DNA from: Polyangiaceae bacterium
Lineage (GTDB): Bacteria > Myxococcota_A > Polyangia > Polyangiales > Polyangiaceae
Direction: 5' to 3'
DNA length: 30,388 nt
Assembly (NCBI GenBank): GCA_035063585.1
Contig: JAPSGB010000051.1
Location: forward strand, 1-30,388
The first letter of the stretch is position 1. Every line of letters starts with the position of its first letter. Below are positions 26,501 to 30,388 of this stretch, piece by piece. Under the pieces are notes generated by a model, which ran no database searches, was not told the DNA's origin, and saw nothing but the letters and a program-made list of their open reading frames with translations. Made by a program: the position numbers and the translations under genes.

Positions 26501-28926
26501 CGCTCGCCGACATCCTCGAGCGCCGCCTCTCGGTCGAGCCGAGCGATGCCGGCCAAGCGGAGCTCCACTTTCGGCTCGCTGAGCTGCAACTCGGCGAGTT
26601 CAAGGAGCTACCTCGTGGCCTCGCCTCGCTCCGTGCGACCTTGGAGCGTCAGCCTGACCATGCGGGCGCGATCGCTGCGCTCGAGCAGCTCACGAGCGAG
26701 CGGGACCTCTTCGAGGAAGCTGCGGAGATCCTCGAGGGGGTCTACCGTGCGCTCAATCGTACCGATCGACTCGCAGCGCTCTACGAGAAGCGTGTCGGCT
26801 TCGCCGAAACGCCAGGCGAGCGGATCGACATGCGGCGCAGCCTCGCGCGGGTGCTCGAAGAAGAGTGCTCGGATCCCGCGGCGGCTCTGCGCGTCCTCTT
26901 GCAGGGCCTGGCCGACGACCCGGCCGATGGCGCGCTGCTCGACGAGCTCGAGCGGCTCGCGCCCATCACCGATGGTTGGCAGAGCGCGGCCGACGCTCTC
27001 GGCGGCGCGCTCCGCGACGCGAAGGAGCTCACCCCGGAGCTCGCCCGCGAGCTGTGGGTTCGCTTGGCGACCTGGCGGCGCGACAAGCTTGGCGACTCTG
27101 CCGGCGCCGAGACCGCGCTCCACGAGGCGCTCGAACAGGGGCCGAACGCCGACGAGGTGCTGGTTCTCATCGAGCAACTCCAGAGCACCCGAGGTCGAGA
27201 GCGGGACCTCGTCGTCACGCTTCGACGCCGCGCAGGGCTGGAGCTCGACCTGGAGCGAAGAGAGGAGCTCTATCGTCGCGCCAAGGCGCTCGCCGACGGG
27301 CTCGACGATCGCGAGCTCGGCGAAGCCGTGCTTCGCGAGCTCCTGAAGGACGATGATGCGAACATCTGGGCGCTCGCCGAGCTCACTACGATGCGCGAGG
27401 CAGCCGGGGATTACGCGGAGACGTTGACGCTCCTGGTTCGCCGTAGCGAGCTGCGCGCGCAGGGTGACGTCGTGCGCGAGCTTCGCCGCAAGGCAGCGGT
27501 CATCGCGCGCGACAAGCTCGGAGACCCAGCGCGAGCGACCGAGCTCTATGAGCAGCTCTTCGAGGACGACCCCACCGACGCCGACGCCGCGGATGCGCTT
27601 CGCGCGCTCTACACGGCACTCGAGCGCCATCGGGAGCTCGCGACGCTGCTCGGTCGGTTGATTGACATGGCAGAGTCTCCGGCGTCGCGCAGCACGCTTC
27701 GGATGGAACTCGCGCGCGTCGAGGTCGAGCGCTTCAAGGCGACCGACGCGGCCGTCGAGCTGTTGCGAGCAGTGCTCGAGGAGGAGCCGAGTCGCGCTGA
27801 GGCCGTGATCGCGCTCGGCGAAATTCTCGAGCAGGCGGGGCGTGACGAGGAGCTCGCCGAGTTGCTCGACGCTCAGATTGCTTCCGCGCGCGCTCGCGGC
27901 GACATCGACGATGAGCTAGCGTTCCAGGTTCGTCTGGGCTCGCTGTACGACACGCGACTCGGTGAGCGTGACAAGGCCATCGCGACCTATCAGGCCGTGC
28001 TCGCGCGCGACCCCCAGCATCGCGGTGCGCTCGAAGCGCTGAGACGCCTCTTCCAGGCGGCCGGACGCCATGCAGACGCTGCGGCGGCCATCGAGCGGCT
28101 GCTCGAGCTCTCCACGGGCGGCGAGGCGGTGACGTTGGCTATCGAGCTCGCCGATGAGTTCGGGCAGCTTCATGACACGGACAGCGCGATCCGCGCGCTC
28201 GAGCGCGGGCTTGGTGTCGAAGGAGATGACGCGGAGCTGCGAGGGCGGCTGCGCGGGCTCTATCGGTCCAAAGAAGACTGGGAGCGACTGGCGGCTCTCA
28301 TCGCCGGGGACGCCGAGCTCGAGGCACAGCCGGAGCAGAAGGTCGCGCTCCTGGTCGAGGCGGCGACGATTCACGTCGAGAAGCGCCACGACGCGGGCGC
28401 GGCGGCGACGCTCTTCGACGCCGCCGTGGCGCTGCGACCAGGTGACCGCGAACTGATGCTGAAGCTCTGTGACGCTTACAGCGCATCCGGTCGCGGTAAG
28501 GCTGCGGTGGAGGTGCTCGAGAAGATCGTCGACTCGTACGGGGGAAAGCGGTCGAAGGAGCTAGCGGAGATCCACCGCCGCTTGGCCGAGGCATTCCTCG
28601 CCGACGGCGCGACCGAGCGCGCGCTCGAGGAGCTCGACAAGGCCTTCCGAATCGAGCCGGGTAACGTCGGGGTGCTGAAGAGGCTCGGCGAGATTGCGCT
28701 CGATACGGGCGATCTGAAGAAGGCCCAGCAGATGTTCCGTGCGCTGCTCCTGCAGAAGCTCGATGACTCGAGCGTCATCACCAAGGCCGAGGTCTTCATG
28801 AACCTGGGTGAGGTGCACGCGCGCCTCGGCGAGAAGGACAAGGCCGTGCAGATGCTGGAGCGCGCGGTCCAGACGGACGCTGGACTCGAGCGCGCTCGAG
28901 CCCGGCTGGCAGAGCTCAAGGGGTGA
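17590..28926 (+). CDS. Giant TPR/alpha-solenoid protein (3778 aa), AgmK/GltI-like
   Basis: Uninterrupted 11.3-kb ORF built from repeats of A...Y...L..DP....A...LE.LY....RW..L...L. There is no signal peptide or TM segment. Size and repeat type resemble the myxobacterial gliding-associated AgmK/GltI class; orthology is not shown. Confidence 0.93.
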   Translation: MDSQKIREALGHLQEDPDSSDGWKSLKAEIAAPGGDLTPSDLLRLLSAARHEHQQRGEWDAVAALLELEAERAAGTEAEGALLAELARVLEAELLDEDEAGVAWLRLLELHPDDATAEAALQESEGKRERWRELVSTYAGEAEQAPDDVYRSSMLMRAAEMELRFGSGDAELGTIVDRLEQAARLDPANDRAGRMLERIFRKASRWEDAARVLERMADRSATPELRVEAGVRLARLCRHQLDEPARAAAAFERVLADKPAHPEAMSFLSEYYSRMERWDDLVAFYEKNLSNQGTPDAERLGDMLQIAMLHFRMRGKPQDAEPWFERIAKIEPTHPGMLSFYREYSGELGDDARLIEVLQRAQRAMKDGAERAALGAELAKLMEGQENAQKAIEQYKTVLRQDPDNAEARASLKRLYTQTQGYNALVELLRQELDRTPVEQYEARLGILREVATVYRQFIKSETALVTVLNQIVQLDEKLDENDIVEVRELAQLYEKLGRWRELLTTQLKLADLSSDTDEKQALYRAVARRWLEQFSNVQNATEAYEALLGVAPGDREARDRLEELYRKRRAWPQLYELFERELTGAEGSERLTLLREMAQLAAERLNRGADAVRLYREILEADPSRDDVLDALERHAERSRDHAALAEVLERRVTRAADDEARLGVLQKLGSVYGDHLGDPVAAAGAWRRVLELSPGHQRALRVLRDAYLASGELAALEELYGSQNDWEGLADVFSTAADRAKDATSKIELSYRAAAIYEERLAQPDRAFRSYERILAAEPTDARAARALIPLYERDEKWARLPALYEVLLAQAEDEGQQLALLGKLAEVTGARLGDRRAAAGYARRAYELSPSSELALAAFEEASRAAGDWEPYVQALEARLSAEPAPAPAPEAAAEGGGKKKGRKKKKVEETAPTADSDTRPIELALARVYADELGRPEQAVAAYRRLLERDPSDAAAGQALEALLRRDDRRDELRWLLGLRVEHTVGDSERVQILQSWADLEEDVFEAPERAADLYRRVLELAPSDPAAVAALPRLLLAAGDAAGAAKVLEQHRGAGEGEAGAEREVKLAELYLDQLGRPADALGAAVRALELSAGEPRAMSVLERLLELPDTRADAARVLAERYASGGEARREANALRALLEVSRDESERIRLFSRLADVEEEKLGAFGSALDAILAAASEYPAETALWDRADSLAMLAGRPTDLAEAFRLALLHELPEGVQAELCERAARLHEDRLGDPLGATPYLEKALKLDPGNERVFARLKDIFTAAERWSELEALYDRASLATEDLSRRIDMLVEVALICEEIIEEPAKATRYYERILELDPMHDVAIRALDRLYARQGRHLELAALLERRLDTVVGDELLEHKLRLAHLRLEELHEPAKAVDYVEDVLRERPNDHEARQLAERLLEVGSIRARVARALEVVYEARDEIRELVRVLGIRLEELDAERAPAPEGSSATRDDERRELLRRIALLRDERLHDDAAAFDALARLVPLDALDSDARERLVEVGRRIGAHERVATVLTAAAEAADTSGLKGEILMQVARMQEDLLDDTAAAEATYRKIAALDDTDADLVLPAARALERIYSGHGAHQQLAETLRTQVRLEQDGAARRDLLGRLGELCESQLGDLEGAIDAWRVRVEDDPTDEAALGSLDRLYERSGRWRDLVQILERRRELLDDASGRRAFMVRAAEVLASQLGSVPEAIEAWRAVLDEFGPEPAALGAIEALYARAERWSDLGDSYQQHLDIVEDDAARLELLAHLGDVQRAHLGDLPGALETYRRALTIDTGHGPSRDAVDALLASEDLPSRREAAQILRPIYEAESAHEPLLKVLEIDIQASDDSLTRLELLETALRVAEGPLGDAGRAFGYAERAMREAVGHAELEPWLEHLERLAAATGRHAELVKLLAEVAPNIFDGEVQLAVMLKIADVARRKLADPQLAREYYQKALELRSDDATALLALEALYEEAGDAQHLLEILERRADLSEDDGEKRQLLFRRARLLADVLDDKARSIEVYETILELGLDVTAIEALEKLYTSEGRWVDLVDLHQRQLDADETPSLHVKIAEVAARRQQDLPRAFDELERALELDRQHDGAIAELERLLSEAPDAESRARAATLLEPVYLLRADFSKVMACLQARLDFAPDPDERHELLRRLAQLHEEQREDYVSALDTVAKLLHEDLADEDTISELERLAKVAGADQRLAQIYAAELEQVSGDDPVTARLARRTGELYSQLDDGERALGFYRRALAFEPDDRHLFDAIDAILSRLRRHEERVALYRDALEHRFEPAERLQHLHVIAELEETKLERIDEAIETYRSALDVDEGDAQALDALTRLYETRERWDDLAELHLRRAEQAPSAGAAAAHRLALARLLTGRLGDTERAIDQLDEIVRSTPGSSEAVKELEGLLRDDAHKERIVEILRPIYEAADDWRHLIKLNEERFALAEGEADKVLVLRETARLWEERASDPGRAQRALEAAFELDPEDAEVRGELERLVESTGDYGTLARAYEGALAARPELVNKRDLLAALARVHDLHRDDPRRALEAYAELHEVDPSDLAPLEKMERLATLLSDWPMVVRALTAKVDLLLSDEERAGVWRRVGEAKRDMLEDRAGAIAAYERAAELEPGNSFTIDCLIELRESAGEAEPLVELYERRVELCGEGDEDLTYQLLSDAAAVYETKLTDRPRAIDALSRALAAKPGDRAVLSSLGRLYRAEEMWPELLESLRLEASAAESVEERTRLRKEMAALLGEQMESHEEALEVYRLVLEEAPEDREVVDAVRAIGRAHDQLREAVAATLVPVLRATSQDEALVDVLELRLTAENEPGQRAETLRNIAEVLETRLARPADAQNSLLRALAERPELRELHGDIERLAEASGGWGRYADALGERAQSTFDPEIGKDLYTRLGRIAEERLSDRQRAVEAYSKALEQAGDQPELLLALDRLYGALGEHQALADILERRLSVEPSDAGQAELHFRLAELQLGEFKELPRGLASLRATLERQPDHAGAIAALEQLTSERDLFEEAAEILEGVYRALNRTDRLAALYEKRVGFAETPGERIDMRRSLARVLEEECSDPAAALRVLLQGLADDPADGALLDELERLAPITDGWQSAADALGGALRDAKELTPELARELWVRLATWRRDKLGDSAGAETALHEALEQGPNADEVLVLIEQLQSTRGRERDLVVTLRRRAGLELDLERREELYRRAKALADGLDDRELGEAVLRELLKDDDANIWALAELTTMREAAGDYAETLTLLVRRSELRAQGDVVRELRRKAAVIARDKLGDPARATELYEQLFEDDPTDADAADALRALYTALERHRELATLLGRLIDMAESPASRSTLRMELARVEVERFKATDAAVELLRAVLEEEPSRAEAVIALGEILEQAGRDEELAELLDAQIASARARGDIDDELAFQVRLGSLYDTRLGERDKAIATYQAVLARDPQHRGALEALRRLFQAAGRHADAAAAIERLLELSTGGEAVTLAIELADEFGQLHDTDSAIRALERGLGVEGDDAELRGRLRGLYRSKEDWERLAALIAGDAELEAQPEQKVALLVEAATIHVEKRHDAGAAATLFDAAVALRPGDRELMLKLCDAYSASGRGKAAVEVLEKIVDSYGGKRSKELAEIHRRLAEAFLADGATERALEELDKAFRIEPGNVGVLKRLGEIALDTGDLKKAQQMFRALLLQKLDDSSVITKAEVFMNLGEVHARLGEKDKAVQMLERAVQTDAGLERARARLAELKG

Positions 28927-29128
28927 GCAGTCACGCCCGGGCTCAGGTCCTCGGGTGGGGTCGTCCACGGACCGCTCGACGGAGGATTTCCGGTGCTGAT
29001 TCGGCGCACTTGAGCCGCCGTGAGCGGGTACCCGGCGCTCCGAGACGAGTTCCGCGCCGGACCGACAGGAGCCGAGGGAGGGAAGGCTCGCGGTCCCTCG
29101 CGCGTAGGAAACCTCAGCGGAGGAGACG

Positions 29129-29977
29129 ATGAAGCCGATGCACCGCACGTTATCCCTGGGTTTGGTGGGCTCTGCGTTCGCTCTCGGGGCGGCGACGGGC
29201 TGCACCATCAAGTCCGATGACAAGTTCGTCGGGACCCCCGACACTTACACGGCCCGTTATCGGAGCGGAGGGTCGGTGTCGGTGTCGAGCGTCAACGGCC
29301 CGGTGACCGTGGGTCAGGGCTCGGAGGGGGTGGTCACGGCCACCTACACGCCGTTCGTGCTCCTCGCTTACGACACCTCAGAGGAGGACGCGAGGACGGA
29401 GCTCGAGAAGCTGCTCAAGGATTTTCAGGCGGACACGCCCGCGCCGGGCAGCGTGACCATCGGCGACTCGCGGGCGAGTGGGGCCAGCACCATGCTCGGC
29501 GCGACCATCGACGTGACGTTGCCGCCGGAGTTCGACGGGCCGCTCAGCGTGTATGTGAGAAATGGGAGTCTGAACACCTCGTTCGTTGGCGCCGCGAGCG
29601 CTGTCGATTTCCGGAGCGACAACGGGTCCATCGATGTCACGGTCGGCTCTTCCGCGAAGACCGTGAACGTGAACACCAAGAACGGAAGCCTGTCGGCGGG
29701 GCTCTCGGGGGTGCCGGCGGACTCACAGGGCGGGAGCTTCGTCACCGGCAATGGGGACATCACGCTCCATCTGCCTGGGCGCGCCAGGTTCTCGATTCAA
29801 GCCCAGGCGATGAGGGGCGGCGTCGTGAACCTCGGTAATGCAACCGAGGCCGGGTGCGTCGTGGTCGAGGGTGGAAACGCCTCCGCCCAGACCGTGAGCT
29901 GCGGAGGCGCGACCGCCGCGGACCCGATCTATCAAGCGACGGCTTCCGGGCTCGGCGACGTCAACCTTTCGTTCTGA
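29129..29977 (+). CDS. Lipoprotein with DUF4097 (putative adhesin) beta-strand repeats
   Basis: Strong SD GGAGGAG and a signal ending AATGC. Repeats SSVNGPVTV, VRNGSL, SDNGSIDV, TKNGSLSA, TGNGDITL, GLGDVNL; also IDVTLP. Confidence 0.85.
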   Translation: MKPMHRTLSLGLVGSAFALGAATGCTIKSDDKFVGTPDTYTARYRSGGSVSVSSVNGPVTVGQGSEGVVTATYTPFVLLAYDTSEEDARTELEKLLKDFQADTPAPGSVTIGDSRASGASTMLGATIDVTLPPEFDGPLSVYVRNGSLNTSFVGAASAVDFRSDNGSIDVTVGSSAKTVNVNTKNGSLSAGLSGVPADSQGGSFVTGNGDITLHLPGRARFSIQAQAMRGGVVNLGNATEAGCVVVEGGNASAQTVSCGGATAADPIYQATASGLGDVNLSF

Positions 29978-30070
29978 GAAGTGCCGGTGACTGGGTGACG
30001 CCGAGCGGTGGAGCCTCGGCCTTCGACAAGAGCGCTTGATGCTCGAAGCGCGGCGGAGCATCCTTCGAGC

Positions 30071-30388
30071 ATGCGCGGCGCTAGCCTGAGCGGACTCGTC
30101 GCTTTCTCACTATCGGCGCTGCTTGGCTGCAGCAACGTGCTCGGGTACGACGACGTCACGTTCGATCGTGACGGTGGAGCGGGCGCAGCGGCTAGCTCTG
30201 GCGGCGCAGGCTCGGGCGCGGGAGGCGGCACCGGCGGCGCGAGCGCGGGCACCGGCGGCGCGAGCGCGGGCACCGGCGGCGCGGGCGGCAGCACGGGCGG
30301 CACCGGTGGCGCGAGCGGCAGCACGGGCGGCACCGGCGGCGCGAGCGCGGGCACCGGCGGCGCGAGCGGCGGCACCGGCGGCGCGAGC
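30071..30388 (+). CDS. Lipoprotein with a Gly-rich linker (5' part only; runs off the window)
   Basis: Not in the ORF track. ATG 30071 gives MRGASLSGLVAFSLSALLGCSNVLGYDDVTFDRDGGAG..., with lipobox LLGC, then GTGGASA repeats open to the window end. Confidence 0.85.
   Translation, partial: MRGASLSGLVAFSLSALLGCSNVLGYDDVTFDRDGGAGAAASSGGAGSGAGGGTGGASAGTGGASAGTGGAGGSTGGTGGASGSTGGTGGASAGTGGASGGTGGAS
30227..30388 (+). repeat. In-frame tandem repeats (21-bp ggcaccggcggcgcgagcgcg and 30-bp variants)
   Basis: They encode GTGGASA, GTGGAGGSTG and GTGGASGSTG units. Confidence 0.85.

Noticed and set aside
29932..30375. Pro-rich minus-strand ORF (PPVPALA repeats)
   Set aside because: It is the antisense of the Gly-rich linker of the plus-strand lipoprotein starting at 30071, which has a clear signal peptide and lipobox.

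Overview
Very GC-rich, densely coded chromosomal segment. Its gene repertoire (Gly-rich and Cys-rich lipoproteins, a Hanks-type kinase homolog, a giant AgmK/GltI-like TPR protein) points to Myxococcota, probably Polyangiaceae-like; this is an inference. Housekeeping and metabolic genes are tRNA-Leu(TAA), an AhpD/CMD protein, thiD, a double-domain FKBP PPIase, a stand-alone PaaZ/BoxD-type aldehyde dehydrogenase, efp, crotonase and 3-hydroxyacyl-CoA dehydrogenase. They are interleaved with nine predicted lipoproteins and a 3778-aa TPR protein. Two genes run off the window edges and are missing from the ORF track: a membrane-anchored pseudokinase (<1..1123, minus strand) and a Gly-rich lipoprotein (30071..>30388). 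Main observations: (1) two apparently catalytically dead enzyme homologs near the tRNA, a pseudokinase and a Tat-lipoprotein pseudo-metallopeptidase; (2) a recurrent -10 box 6-8 nt upstream of start codons, suggesting leaderless mRNAs; (3) a ~305-aa super-repeat and a polybasic insert in the giant TPR protein; (4) a probable CTG start; (5) rare TTA codons alongside the TTA-reading tRNA. No mobile element, CRISPR array, prophage or defence system was seen. All family assignments come from motifs recognised by eye, not from database searches.
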